DNA of 30,589 nucleotides from a virus (Duplodnaviria > Caudoviricetes), in IMG/VR virus record IMGVR_UViG_3300037479_000058, positions 1-30,589 of that record; one strand, given 5' to 3'. The position numbers and the translations under genes are program-made. Shown here one piece after another: positions 18,411 to 28,676 of this stretch; within the stretch, counting starts at the first letter, position 1, and every line of letters begins with the position of its first letter. The notes under the pieces are model-generated. The model saw only the letters and a list, made by a program, of their open reading frames with translations, was not told where the DNA came from and ran no database searches.

Positions 18411-21400
18411 ATGTCACTTCTTCAAGAGTATAAACAAAAGAACTCGAAAGAACCTGAAGTTTTGGTTCCAGACATAAACATAGCTTTGCCTTCGCAGTCT
18501 CCAGTAGAACAACAAGTCCATCTAGGTCAGCAGGCTCCTGTTCCATCAAGCCCCATGCCATCTGATGTTGAGGTGGTTATGCCATCTCATCCTGATATGG
18601 AGACTCTGGCAAGTCCTGTCACTGATACTACTCTTGAAGAAGCATCCTTGTCAAGAAACCTACAAGTTTCTGATGTTCCTAAAAACGAGTATCCTGTTCT
18701 TTTTGACGCACCATCGGTACAGACGTTATCGTTTACTCCTTTTCCTAAGTACGAAGAAGAAGAGAAGGTTCCTCTCACTGGTGGCATATCTGTCCCTCTC
18801 GCAAAAACTCAAGAAGCTCCTTGGTATCACAGGCTTGGCAGGTCAACTCTTGAGTTTGGAGGAAAGGCTGTTCAGTGGGCTGGGAACGTAACATCTGGTA
18901 TAGCTTTTGATGTTCTAAACCTACCGAACAGGCTAGGATACATAAACGACGAGCTAAGCGACAGAACTAAAAACTTACTTGGTGTGAAGCCAGCGGACGT
19001 TCTAGAAACCCTACCAGGTGGGCTAGGTGCCCTCGGACGTTTGAGCAAAGTCAGTGAGACGTTCAGACCTTTAGCTACTCAAGCTGCTAAGTACTTTGAT
19101 AAAAAGAAAGAGGACGAAGAACTGACTTGGGAAGACTTCGTACCTAAGATAGCGTTAGATCCTAAGAGAACGTATAGTGCTGAAGCTTTTTTAGGGAGGT
19201 CTGCTGTCACTTCGACAGAAGATGTGCGAGAAGTTGGAAAGAAAGGCAAGTCACCTATAGGTACTTACCAACCTCGCTTCGACAAAAAAGGTAAGATAAA
19301 CCCTACTTGGTGGGCTGGTCTTGCTACTGACATAGGTGTAGGTCTAGCGACTGGTTTGACTTTGGAGCGCGGTGCAGTCAAAGGTGCGGGTGCCGCTGCT
19401 AAAGCTATCTCTAAAGGCTCTCCTGCAGCTGTGAAGGTGGCTGAGAAAACTGCATCAGTTGTTCTAGACCCAGTTGGAGAGCTTGTTTTACAGCCCGTCT
19501 TAAGCACCGCAGCTAAAACAGTAGGCAAGGTAGCTGCAGCAGTATCGGCACCAAAAGGCGCTGTGTCTATACCAGATGTAGAAGCTCCCAAGAAGTCATC
19601 AGTTTTACTGCTTGACGGAACTTCGCGAGAAGTATCGAGCTTCTCTAGCATCTCAGAAGAAACTTCAAGAGTTATAAAAGAGTTTGAGGTATCCGCACCT
19701 CGCGTAGTTCAGGGAGAAGCTACAACAGAGCTGAAAGAGTTGCCATCAGTAAACAGCAGAGTGTTCTCTGGAACTATGTCTTTGAAAGAGTTTTCTGATG
19801 CTATATCTGAGCAGGTGCCAGGAACTAGAGTCGATGTTGAAGCTCTTTCTAAGCAGCCAAGGACGTTACAGCAACTTCACTCGCTAGCGAGGAGAGTATA
19901 TAAAGATGGAGCACCTTTGCTATCAGAGAGAGTTCCTCACACCTTTACTGAGTTAAACTCAAAGCTTGATAGCCTTCAGCTTTTGCCTAGCGAAAGAAGG
20001 CTTTTCGAGAGATATGGCTATCCTATCCCTGAAGAAGCTCTCTCTTCACCAGACTTTCGTATAGTAGTGCAAGATGAACTTCCAGCTGCAGGTAAGAAAG
20101 AGCTGTCCGTACTTCAAACTAACCGACAAGCACAGGTATCTGAAAAGCTACTTGAGGATGTGCCGCTCATGGAAGGCGCTACTGATGTAAAAGTTGAGGG
20201 AGGCGTTCGCTCATACAAAGTCAAGCCGACATATGTTAAGCCCAAAGATGCAGGTCAAGTTTTTTCAAACCTCTCTAACGAGATAAGACAGCTGCGTGTC
20301 AAAGCTCAGGTCATGAGAGACATGGGCAACGTGCGTGGTTCTGAGAAGATAGAGTTAGATATAGCCGCTAAAGAAGCACAGTTCTATGTTCCAGACGTTA
20401 GGCAGCCAGACCAACTACGCATCGTTCAAGAAGAAGTTTTACCGTCTGAACTTCACGGTACAAGCGATGAGGTTATAGGTTTGACTGATGCTAAGTTGCA
20501 CACTGAAGTGGAGCTGAAGGACCTTGGTGACGAGATAGATAAGCTTAGCGATGAGTTAGAAGACGTGAAAGTGAACCTAGACTCCTCGGCAAACCGAGTA
20601 GTAGAGTCTGTGGATGTTGGTAGAAAACTCTCTAACGAAGAACTACCTGTAGTAAGAAGGGCTAGGAAAGAACAGCCTCCCATGGTACGTGAAGACATGG
20701 AACCTGGCATAGTCTCACGACCTAACGAAGGTACGTGGTTTCACGGTACCAGGGTAGTGGGTCTTCAGGCAGAAGCTATAGACCCAGTAGCAGGTGGTAA
20801 GCGTTCCGAGTGGGGTACAGGCATGTACTTAACTCGCGACCCTGAGTTGGCTGATGGATATGCAAGAGCAGATATATCACCAAACATCCCATCGTCGGTG
20901 AACAGGAAGTTCTCTTCGACTACAGGTGAAGTCATAGAGTATGAGATATCTCATGCACATAAAGCGTTATATGCTCACAAACCTTTCAGCATATCACAGG
21001 CTGAGATACTGCGTGATGTGGTTGAAGAAAACTTAGGTGGAGCTGATGGACAGAGAGTTATGAAACTCATGGACAAAAAAGCTACTCTATCTCAGGCACT
21101 TGGCGCTATCGAACGACTTGCTGCTAAGAAGGGTTTTACTGAAGCACAACTAACAAAACTTAACAGAGAGATAAGCCTAGGCTTTCTGGACGATGGAGTT
21201 GATGTAGTGTATGACGGAAACACGATGATGGTTTTAAACCCATCTGTCATGAAAGAAGTACGAAGAAGCAGTGTAGATCTCTCATCGCAAACACCACTAG
21301 AAGTTGCTGGTCATCGGTTCAACGTAGAGTCTACAAGAGCTTTACAAAACCCTGAGTCACTTACTGCTCAGGTTGACTTCGAGGAGTCGAGCGTAAGGCT

Positions 21401-21620
21401 TCAAGCCGAGGTGGCTGACAAACTTGAAAAAGATGTTAAAACGCTTGAGAAGCAAAGAAGTAAAAAGCTTCGTGAGCTACTAGATACTGAAGATGCTCTT
21501 GAAGAAGCTGCCACCAAGGAGCGCTTACAACGGTCACAAGAGCTAACTGAGAAAGCCAGGGCGCTTAAAGAAAAAGAGCTGAAAACTCTAGACGAACTCA
21601 ACAACCCTTGTGAGCCATAG
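18411..21620 (+). CDS. Large internal virion protein with C-terminal ADP-ribosyltransferase-like domain
   Basis: WFHGT...EWGTGMYLTRDPELADGYA...GVDVVYDGNTMMVLNPSVM motif order; located in the ejection-protein block. Confidence 0.65.
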   Translation: MSLLQEYKQKNSKEPEVLVPDINIALPSQSPVEQQVHLGQQAPVPSSPMPSDVEVVMPSHPDMETLASPVTDTTLEEASLSRNLQVSDVPKNEYPVLFDAPSVQTLSFTPFPKYEEEEKVPLTGGISVPLAKTQEAPWYHRLGRSTLEFGGKAVQWAGNVTSGIAFDVLNLPNRLGYINDELSDRTKNLLGVKPADVLETLPGGLGALGRLSKVSETFRPLATQAAKYFDKKKEDEELTWEDFVPKIALDPKRTYSAEAFLGRSAVTSTEDVREVGKKGKSPIGTYQPRFDKKGKINPTWWAGLATDIGVGLATGLTLERGAVKGAGAAAKAISKGSPAAVKVAEKTASVVLDPVGELVLQPVLSTAAKTVGKVAAAVSAPKGAVSIPDVEAPKKSSVLLLDGTSREVSSFSSISEETSRVIKEFEVSAPRVVQGEATTELKELPSVNSRVFSGTMSLKEFSDAISEQVPGTRVDVEALSKQPRTLQQLHSLARRVYKDGAPLLSERVPHTFTELNSKLDSLQLLPSERRLFERYGYPIPEEALSSPDFRIVVQDELPAAGKKELSVLQTNRQAQVSEKLLEDVPLMEGATDVKVEGGVRSYKVKPTYVKPKDAGQVFSNLSNEIRQLRVKAQVMRDMGNVRGSEKIELDIAAKEAQFYVPDVRQPDQLRIVQEEVLPSELHGTSDEVIGLTDAKLHTEVELKDLGDEIDKLSDELEDVKVNLDSSANRVVESVDVGRKLSNEELPVVRRARKEQPPMVREDMEPGIVSRPNEGTWFHGTRVVGLQAEAIDPVAGGKRSEWGTGMYLTRDPELADGYARADISPNIPSSVNRKFSSTTGEVIEYEISHAHKALYAHKPFSISQAEILRDVVEENLGGADGQRVMKLMDKKATLSQALGAIERLAAKKGFTEAQLTKLNREISLGFLDDGVDVVYDGNTMMVLNPSVMKEVRRSSVDLSSQTPLEVAGHRFNVESTRALQNPESLTAQVDFEESSVRLQAEVADKLEKDVKTLEKQRSKKLRELLDTEDALEEAATKERLQRSQELTEKARALKEKELKTLDELNNPCEP

Positions 21621-21622
21621 AT

Positions 21623-24600
21623 ATGTTACTGAGCTGCAGCTACAAGACACCGCAAGAAAAGCCGAACAAAAAACAGCTAACTTCAGACAGAAAAGAGCAG
21701 ATAGGTAAGCGCGTAGAGCAGTTCGCTTCAAAGCTTGTTATGGCTGGCACTAAAGCTACTGACTTAGAGCTGCGTGTTGATGTTGCAAAGAAGAAGTTCG
21801 CTCATAACATCATCGACCTGCACGACATGACAGGAAAAAAAGCTAACGCATGGACGCGCTTTCTTTCAGTATCACTAGGTGAAAACATAGGAGATGCTGG
21901 CAGGTTCAGAAGGTCTTTGTATGAGAACAAACGATATGCCGAAGGCTTGCTGCATATCATAGAAAACCAAGGTATGGTTGATGCAGTCAAACCTTTTACA
22001 AAACGTTTCAGCGAGTTATCTAAGCAACGAGGAGTAAAGAGCGCTGACACAGGTAGGCTGATGACCGACTTGTTCGAGGTGGGAAGGACTCCTTTAGAAC
22101 TTCAACTTCATGGTAAGTCAGGTGCAGTTCAGGAGCTTTTACAAGCGAGAAACGAAAGATGGGTTGAAGCGATGCGTCGTGCAGGCTTCACTGATACAGA
22201 TATAGATGAGTTGGCTCTGATGGCTCATCAGGCTGGAGAGGTTTTTGACAACTTATACTCAACTATCCATGCACTAGGTAAGGAGCTTCCAGCCATAGAA
22301 AACATCGAGTACTTACCACGTATCTTCTCTCGTGAAGCTGAAGACTACTTTAGCAGCTTTAAAAAGCCAACCGCTCTACTACCTGCAGCAGGACGAGAGC
22401 CGAGACCAGACTTCACTAAGGCTAGAAGCTCAGTTTGGTACACCGCAGAAGACCACGAAGCTCTTGCTGACTTACTTGGTGTGAAGACTCACAGTCAAGT
22501 TAGTGCTGAGATAGAGTTGGCTATATCTGAAGGTAAAACTCCTCCAACCTATAACGACGTTTTTCTAGAAGACATCATATCCGATACTGCATCTTTCAAA
22601 GCATATATAGATGAAGCTCTTACAGACGAGCTAAAAGACACTCTAGTAGATGCTGGCATCATAAGCAGAGTTCCTATGACCTCCAGTGAGCTTTATGAGT
22701 GGTACTCAACCAGATACGACCTGCCCTTCAAAAGCTTTGATGAGCTTCTGGTTACTGACCCTCGTAAGATACTAGCTGGTTATGCACAAGAGTTAGACTC
22801 TCAGGCTTCAAACTGGGGCATGTTGAAGAGTGTTCGGGATCAGGGAGTTGGTAAAGGTTTCTTGGTCGATGAAGATACTGCTATATCTGAAGGTCTAGAA
22901 AACTTCACTAAAGTGTCCGAGATGAAGTCCGCAGCACTTATGAGTGAAGCTGGCATAGACTCGAACGTTTTTATGCATAAGGATGTAGCGCGCATACTCG
23001 ATACTGCTCTGACTCTTGAGAGAGACCCGTCAGCACTTAACGCGATCGCTCGTAGCTGGATGTCGGTTATGAGCTTAGTAAAAACTCAGCTACTATCAAC
23101 TCCACAGTACTCAGCCCGCATCTTTATAAGTGACGCTTTGATGTATGCAGCCCACGGTGGCGAGATGCATGAAGCAGTTACTTCTTTTCATGACCTTGGA
23201 AAGTACTTAGCACGAGGACTAAAAGCTTTTGATGATGTCAAGCCTTTCAGAGTAGTTGATGGAAAAACCATGACTCACCGTCAGTTCATGGAGTTGTTTG
23301 CCTCCAGACGCATGACAAACATCACTCCTATGTTTGACGGGGCTAAACGACCAACATCAAAGATGGAAGCACTTAACCCGTTACTAGCCGGAAACAAGAT
23401 AAGCTTGATGTCTCGTATGGTTCTTAGCAAAGAAACCATGCCAGAGATGATAGGTCAGTTTTTTAAGGAGTCTGGCTACGTTCTTTCAGACTGGATAAAA
23501 GCTATCTACCAACCTTTTGCTTTCACAGCAAACTTCATGGAGACGGCTTTTAAGTTAGGTCTGCTCAAAAGCGTAACTAAGCGAGGTGACTCTTGGGATG
23601 GTTTGCGACAAGGGCTGCGCTACGTAGCTACTATGGAAGGTGTCATCTACGACAGTGCTGACGAGGCTTTGGAGCATGTGGACAGAGCCTTCCTTACGAT
23701 GGATGATGCTGGAGAGCTGACGGGTACTGTTAGCAGATATATCGTGCCCTTCTTCTCGTATATGTGGAAGTCATCTAGTGCCATACTAAGAGATGCAGTC
23801 AGACATCCTACAAAGTACATGCAGTATGGACGCACTGCTTCCATGATCTTCGACAGGATGGAAGAGCAAAGTCAGCTTCAGCAGACTGAACTCTTTGAAC
23901 CTTTGAACAACGACATGCCTATACCAGTATATGTCGATGATAGAGGTAGGGCTGTTATGTTGACCTTAACTAACGTCCATCCTATCTTAGGCTTCACACA
24001 AAGCACTGCTAGTAACGCTGATAAGTTAGCTAGGCTTTTAGGGATACCCTTAGGAACAGAGAAAGAAGTTCAAGAGATGCTAGCAGAGAAGTACGGCATA
24101 CGAAGTGATGGCTCACCAGTCTCTCTAGCGGACAAGATGGGCGAAGTCATGCAAAGCGTGTACGGAGCGCAGTACGTCAACATCATCGCTGGTGTGGACA
24201 CACGGGGCAAGCCTTTAGACGACGAAAAGTACAACACCTTCCTAGGTATCGAAGTGTCTCAGACGACCGAGGCTTTGGTTGGTATGGTCTTCCCCCTCGT
24301 CAAAACCCTAAACAGATATAACCCCCTTGGCATGTTTGGCTCAAAAGAAGAGATAAGCAACCAAGGTCGTATAGGTTTAGACAGCGACGGCAACATAAAG
24401 TATGACGAAGGACAGTTGATACGAGAAGGAAAGCCATCAGTTTTTGGTACTGATAGAACTGACCTAGACCAAAAAGAACTTGTAAACAAGGTGACAGATA
24501 ACCCGGCAGTTTTCTTAGCACAACTTGCTGGACTATCTTTTGTCTACAACGACACGACCCGCAACTTGAAGTACACTCACCAAGATATATCAGCGACTCA

Positions 24601-24901
24601 GCGAGAGATAGCTACAGCTTGGAAGCGTTTTGACATCCAGATAAAAGAAGGTAAGTTACCAGAACGTCAACGCATCTTAGCTCTGAAGAAACAGGAAGAC
24701 TTGCTAAAACTGTACGGTGTGTTCGAGTATGACCGTCTTCGTACAGAGGCTTACATGGCTAAAAAAGGGATCACCACCAAAGAGTTTGATGTGAAGGTAC
24801 GAGAGAACAAACTCTCGCTACAAGGTATACCGCAGTTAAGTTTAAAAGAAACTTATAAAGTCCAACAAGCTATGGAGGCTTTGAGAGATGTCAACAAGTA
24901 A
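21623..24901 (+). CDS. Large internal virion (ejection) protein
   Basis: 1092 aa helical protein with YLPRIF and IVPFFSY motifs, immediately before the tail fibre. Confidence 0.7.
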   Translation: MLLSCSYKTPQEKPNKKQLTSDRKEQIGKRVEQFASKLVMAGTKATDLELRVDVAKKKFAHNIIDLHDMTGKKANAWTRFLSVSLGENIGDAGRFRRSLYENKRYAEGLLHIIENQGMVDAVKPFTKRFSELSKQRGVKSADTGRLMTDLFEVGRTPLELQLHGKSGAVQELLQARNERWVEAMRRAGFTDTDIDELALMAHQAGEVFDNLYSTIHALGKELPAIENIEYLPRIFSREAEDYFSSFKKPTALLPAAGREPRPDFTKARSSVWYTAEDHEALADLLGVKTHSQVSAEIELAISEGKTPPTYNDVFLEDIISDTASFKAYIDEALTDELKDTLVDAGIISRVPMTSSELYEWYSTRYDLPFKSFDELLVTDPRKILAGYAQELDSQASNWGMLKSVRDQGVGKGFLVDEDTAISEGLENFTKVSEMKSAALMSEAGIDSNVFMHKDVARILDTALTLERDPSALNAIARSWMSVMSLVKTQLLSTPQYSARIFISDALMYAAHGGEMHEAVTSFHDLGKYLARGLKAFDDVKPFRVVDGKTMTHRQFMELFASRRMTNITPMFDGAKRPTSKMEALNPLLAGNKISLMSRMVLSKETMPEMIGQFFKESGYVLSDWIKAIYQPFAFTANFMETAFKLGLLKSVTKRGDSWDGLRQGLRYVATMEGVIYDSADEALEHVDRAFLTMDDAGELTGTVSRYIVPFFSYMWKSSSAILRDAVRHPTKYMQYGRTASMIFDRMEEQSQLQQTELFEPLNNDMPIPVYVDDRGRAVMLTLTNVHPILGFTQSTASNADKLARLLGIPLGTEKEVQEMLAEKYGIRSDGSPVSLADKMGEVMQSVYGAQYVNIIAGVDTRGKPLDDEKYNTFLGIEVSQTTEALVGMVFPLVKTLNRYNPLGMFGSKEEISNQGRIGLDSDGNIKYDEGQLIREGKPSVFGTDRTDLDQKELVNKVTDNPAVFLAQLAGLSFVYNDTTRNLKYTHQDISATQREIATAWKRFDIQIKEGKLPERQRILALKKQEDLLKLYGVFEYDRLRTEAYMAKKGITTKEFDVKVRENKLSLQGIPQLSLKETYKVQQAMEALRDVNK

Positions 24902-26648
24902 CGTTTCAGTAGTGCGTTCAGGAACAGGGTTTACTATCGACGTAACTCTCTGCAACTTAGACCCAGACTTAACCATCAAAGACTTTTTTATACTTCATAA
25001 CGGAAGTCCATACAGCCCATATCTTGTTGACTATACAAAAACTACTGCCACTGTACTAACATACACAGGCGCATCTTTGCCATCAACTACAGTAGAAGTA
25101 CGAAGAAAAACTTCTACTTCAGTAGTACAAACAGTTAACTTTGCTTCACGTGTTTCCAGTAGTTTGTGGAACTCTGAGTTTGATAGGGTTCAGAGGCGTG
25201 CGGAAGAGTACGAGCTGAACGGTGTTGGTGCCGCCTTTAGCGGTGTTATCCCGACACCTAAGGATGACGTCTTTCCTTCAGGATGGGACGGAGATATCAC
25301 ATATCCACCAACTAGAAACGCTGTATACGATAAGTTTGTGCTTATGGCTCCCCTGGCTTCCCCAAGCCTAACGGGAGTACCACTAGCACCAACAGCAGCT
25401 AAAACCGACAGCTCAACTCAGATAGCCACTACTGCCCACGTAAAGCTAGTAGCAGCAGACTATGCTCCGCTCGCCTCGCCAACTTTTACAGGCAACCCTT
25501 CTGCACCAACAGCATCCGCTAACGACAACGATACGCAGCTTGCCACAACAGCGTTTGTTCAGCAAGAGATAAAAAACGCGATCATCGGACTCAACTCATC
25601 CGCTGGATCCACCTATACAAGAAAGAACTTTATCATGAACGGTAGGTTCGACATATGGCAACGTAACACTAGTTTTACACATACTGGAAGTTCTTCTATA
25701 CAAAGCCTATATACAGCGGACAGGTGGGGCTTATACACTGACCCTAACGGTGGGACATCTGCCACCTTCACAGTAACAAGACAAGCACACACCCTTGGTC
25801 AAACCGAGGTGGCATATAGTCCTTCCTACTACCTTCGTGTAAACAACACAACTCAAGGTACTTCTTTAGGTGCTTCATCACAACATCGTATAGGACAGAA
25901 CATAGAGAACGTAGTAAACCTAGGCGGTGAAACTGTCACTATAAGTTTCTATGCTAGATGTTCATATGCTCCAAAAACTTTAGGTGTGGAGTTAGTTCAA
26001 AGCTTCGGAACAGGCGGTAGCCCGTCTGCTACAGTGACAGGCATAGGAGGTACTCAGATAACACTTACTAGCAGCTGGGCTTTTTACAGCGTTACTGCCA
26101 ATGTCACAAGCCTTGCTGGAAAAACTATAGGCACCGATGGTTATAGAACTTCCTCACTTATCTTGGTACTTTGGTTTCAAGCAGGTTCCACTAGTGGCGT
26201 TAGGACAGGAGGTGGAGCTTTTGCTTGGGGCGGTACAGGCAACATCGATATATCCGACGTTCAGGTGGAACGTGGATCGTTTGCAACATCTATAGATCGT
26301 CGCAGCTTTAGTGAAGAGCTACACGACTGTCAGAGATACTATCAGCACAGCTATCCGTACGGAACGTTTCCTGGTGCTGCTACTACTACTGGTATGGCAA
26401 GTATCGAGGTAGGCACAGCGACAACAGGCAACCTGCGCGTAACTGGCTTTCTGCCTTGCGAGATGGTAAGGATACCAACACTGCGATCATACGACTCTGT
26501 TGGTGCTATAGACAGGCATGACAGAAACGGGACAGGTAAGTCACTGCAGTCTAACGCACCTTCTACTAAGTCTTTTCGTTTCACATCTACGGACACAACT
26601 AGCTCGACACTCATGTCTGTCCACTATACTCTAGATGCTGAGTACTAA
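24888..26648 (+). CDS. Tail fibre protein 1
   Basis: N-terminal adaptor-like region (VEVRRKT...), two 39-aa ASPTFTG.P.APT...TQ.ATTA repeats, and C-terminal KNFIMNGRFDIWQR...EELHDCQRYY domain. Confidence 0.85.
   Translation: MSTSNVSVVRSGTGFTIDVTLCNLDPDLTIKDFFILHNGSPYSPYLVDYTKTTATVLTYTGASLPSTTVEVRRKTSTSVVQTVNFASRVSSSLWNSEFDRVQRRAEEYELNGVGAAFSGVIPTPKDDVFPSGWDGDITYPPTRNAVYDKFVLMAPLASPSLTGVPLAPTAAKTDSSTQIATTAHVKLVAADYAPLASPTFTGNPSAPTASANDNDTQLATTAFVQQEIKNAIIGLNSSAGSTYTRKNFIMNGRFDIWQRNTSFTHTGSSSIQSLYTADRWGLYTDPNGGTSATFTVTRQAHTLGQTEVAYSPSYYLRVNNTTQGTSLGASSQHRIGQNIENVVNLGGETVTISFYARCSYAPKTLGVELVQSFGTGGSPSATVTGIGGTQITLTSSWAFYSVTANVTSLAGKTIGTDGYRTSSLILVLWFQAGSTSGVRTGGGAFAWGGTGNIDISDVQVERGSFATSIDRRSFSEELHDCQRYYQHSYPYGTFPGAATTTGMASIEVGTATTGNLRVTGFLPCEMVRIPTLRSYDSVGAIDRHDRNGTGKSLQSNAPSTKSFRFTSTDTTSSTLMSVHYTLDAEY
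25344..25577 (+). repeat. 2 x 117-nt (39-aa) tail fibre repeat
   Basis: Units start at 25344 (MAPLASPSLTG) and 25461 (YAPLASPTFTG). Confidence 0.8.
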
Positions 26649-26675
26649 AAAAAGATGCCCCCTACAAAAGGGGGC
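26647..26675. terminator. Hairpin between the fibre genes; U-tract only on the - strand
   Basis: A7-gat-GCCCCCT-ACAAA-AGGGGGC. Confidence 0.6.
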
Positions 26676-26734
26676 TTACTGTTAAAGACGATGTACACTC
26701 ATACGCACACACACATACATACACTTCTTTTCTT

Positions 26735-28396
26735 ATGACTTACACATCGTACTACGAGTATGCTACTAACGAAGATCTAGATGCTCTTAAAGACGACCTA
26801 TATAAAAAGGTAGCAGACACAGATAAAAAACTACATGACATAACAAAAGTTAACGCAAAGTTAACTAAGTCAGTTTATCAGACCAACCAGATAGTAAACA
26901 ACTACCTAGGTGGAACTGTTACTGACGACCCATATGGTGTGGGCTGGGACGGTGCGACAAACATCGCGCCAAGCGCAAACGCTGTTTATGATGCTTTATC
27001 CTCCACAAACTCCACAGTTAGCTCTCTATCAGCTACAGTTAACAACCACACTACCAGCATATCGCAACACGATACTGACATAGCTACTCTTTACAACAAC
27101 GTAGCGAACAAAGCTAACATATCATCTCCTACCTTTACAGGAACTCCATCTGCGCCCACAGCAACGGCAGGTACTAGCACTACACAGATAGCCACTACGG
27201 AGTTTGTAACTAATGCCTTATCTACTAAAGCTGACATAGCATCTCCTACTTTCACAGGTACTCCGTCAGCTCCTACAGCAACAGAGGGTGCTAACACAAC
27301 TCAGATAGCTACTACAGCCTTTGTGACTACAGCGGTATCTACAGGGCTTGGCACTATAAACCAGTACAGTGATGAGAAAGCTCAGGATGGTGTCGGTGGT
27401 ATACTAACAAACACAACATCCATAAACCTAACTTACAACGATGCGACTCCTTCCATGTCAGCGTCAGCTAACTTTGGCTCCAGTGCTGGTACTGTATGCC
27501 AAGGAAACGATAGTAGACTGTCTGACGCTAGAACTCCCTTATCTCACGCTTCTTCACATGCAAGTGGAGGTAGTGATGCTATAAAGCTTGATGACCTTGA
27601 GGCACCTGACGACAACACCGATCTAAACTCATCTACAACCAGACACGGGTTGTGTCCTAAGTTACCTGGTGGAACAACTACCTTTTTACGAGGCGACGGT
27701 ACTTGGGCAACTCCTTCTGGAAGTAGTGGTGCCCCATCTATATGGGACATACATAAAAGACCAACATACATGAACGAGTTCATAGGTACCAGCGGCACTG
27801 CCACTTCGCCCTTCACTGGAGCTGCTATATCGTCTGGAACCACCGCTCTCTTATCTACGTCAGAGACAAGACACCATCCAGGAGTTGTGAGACTATCCTC
27901 GTCTACTACATCAAACAGTGGATATAGATACTACATGGACACTTCTGGGTTTAGACTTGGAGGTAACGAAGCCTTTTCGTGTGTTTTCCAACTCACAACC
28001 ACTACCAACACAACAACACGTATAGGGTACTTTGACACATCTACTTCATCAGACGCTACGGACGGAGCTTATCTGGAGATAGTTGGCACTACCGCTTCTG
28101 CTAAAACATCCAACAACAGTTCCAGAACAACTAACGGAACAACATACACAGTTACAACTGGTGTGTGGTACGGGTTGTATATAACTGTTAACTCAGATGC
28201 TACAAGTGTAAACTTTACTCTTCGGTTAGACGATGGCACAGTACTGTTAAACGTAAACAACACTACTAACATACCCACTGCTTCAGGTAGAGAGACTGGA
28301 TGTGGTGTTATATCGACAAACAGTGGTACCAGTTCTGTACAGCTTATAGTTCTGGACTACATGAGCTTTGGATGGGTAGGAGACTTAACCAGATAA
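26735..28396 (+). CDS. Tail fibre protein 2
   Basis: Coiled-coil N-terminus, SPTFTGTPSAPTA repeats, HASSHASGGSDAI and FLRGDGTWA fibre motifs, beta-rich C-terminus. Confidence 0.8.
   Translation: MTYTSYYEYATNEDLDALKDDLYKKVADTDKKLHDITKVNAKLTKSVYQTNQIVNNYLGGTVTDDPYGVGWDGATNIAPSANAVYDALSSTNSTVSSLSATVNNHTTSISQHDTDIATLYNNVANKANISSPTFTGTPSAPTATAGTSTTQIATTEFVTNALSTKADIASPTFTGTPSAPTATEGANTTQIATTAFVTTAVSTGLGTINQYSDEKAQDGVGGILTNTTSINLTYNDATPSMSASANFGSSAGTVCQGNDSRLSDARTPLSHASSHASGGSDAIKLDDLEAPDDNTDLNSSTTRHGLCPKLPGGTTTFLRGDGTWATPSGSSGAPSIWDIHKRPTYMNEFIGTSGTATSPFTGAAISSGTTALLSTSETRHHPGVVRLSSSTTSNSGYRYYMDTSGFRLGGNEAFSCVFQLTTTTNTTTRIGYFDTSTSSDATDGAYLEIVGTTASAKTSNNSSRTTNGTTYTVTTGVWYGLYITVNSDATSVNFTLRLDDGTVLLNVNNTTNIPTASGRETGCGVISTNSGTSSVQLIVLDYMSFGWVGDLTR
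27110..27343 (+). repeat. 2 x 117-nt (39-aa) tail fibre repeat
   Basis: Units start at 27110 (KANISSPTFTG) and 27227 (KADIASPTFTG). Confidence 0.85.
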
Positions 28397-28436
28397 AAAG
28401 AAAGTCCCACCACCCCTCTTTCGTGGTGGTGGTTTT
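28396..28436. terminator. Terminator between the converging arms
   Basis: CCACCAC-N9-GTGGTGG, flanked by an A-rich tract on the left and TTTT on the right. Confidence 0.6.
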
Positions 28437-28444
28437 AAGTTCTG

Positions 28445-28672
28445 CTAACCTTTTATGATATCTTCCAACTCTTTTGCATAGCCAGTCCATCCATGTTCTT
28501 TACAGATAGCAAGAAGTTCTTTTGCAGCTTTCACATGAAGTCTTTCGGTCTTGTTTACTTCTTGTTGAAGGATGTAGTTATATCTTTCCATGACCTCTTT
28601 CTGCCATGAGAGATAGAAAGGTTTTAGACAGAAGCTCATCCAGTTATCTATGCTTTCATCATGGTTAAACAT
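28445..28672 (-). CDS. Hypothetical protein
   Basis: 75 aa, SD AAGGAG within the end of the upstream nuclease gene. Confidence 0.7.
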   Translation of the reverse strand: MFNHDESIDNWMSFCLKPFYLSWQKEVMERYNYILQQEVNKTERLHVKAAKELLAICKEHGWTGYAKELEDIIKG

Positions 28673-28676
28673 ATGT

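Noticed and set aside
643-23049. Complete avoidance of AvaI/AvaII/AvaIII sites, or HIP1 enrichment
   Set aside because: GGACC (643), CCCGAG (11047) and ATGCAT (22973) are present. I saw only one GCGATCGC (23042).
24888-28396. Diversity-generating retroelement in the fibres (AAC-rich codons, repeats)
   Set aside because: No reverse transcriptase in the window. The repeats differ at all base types, and the AAC bias is genome-wide.
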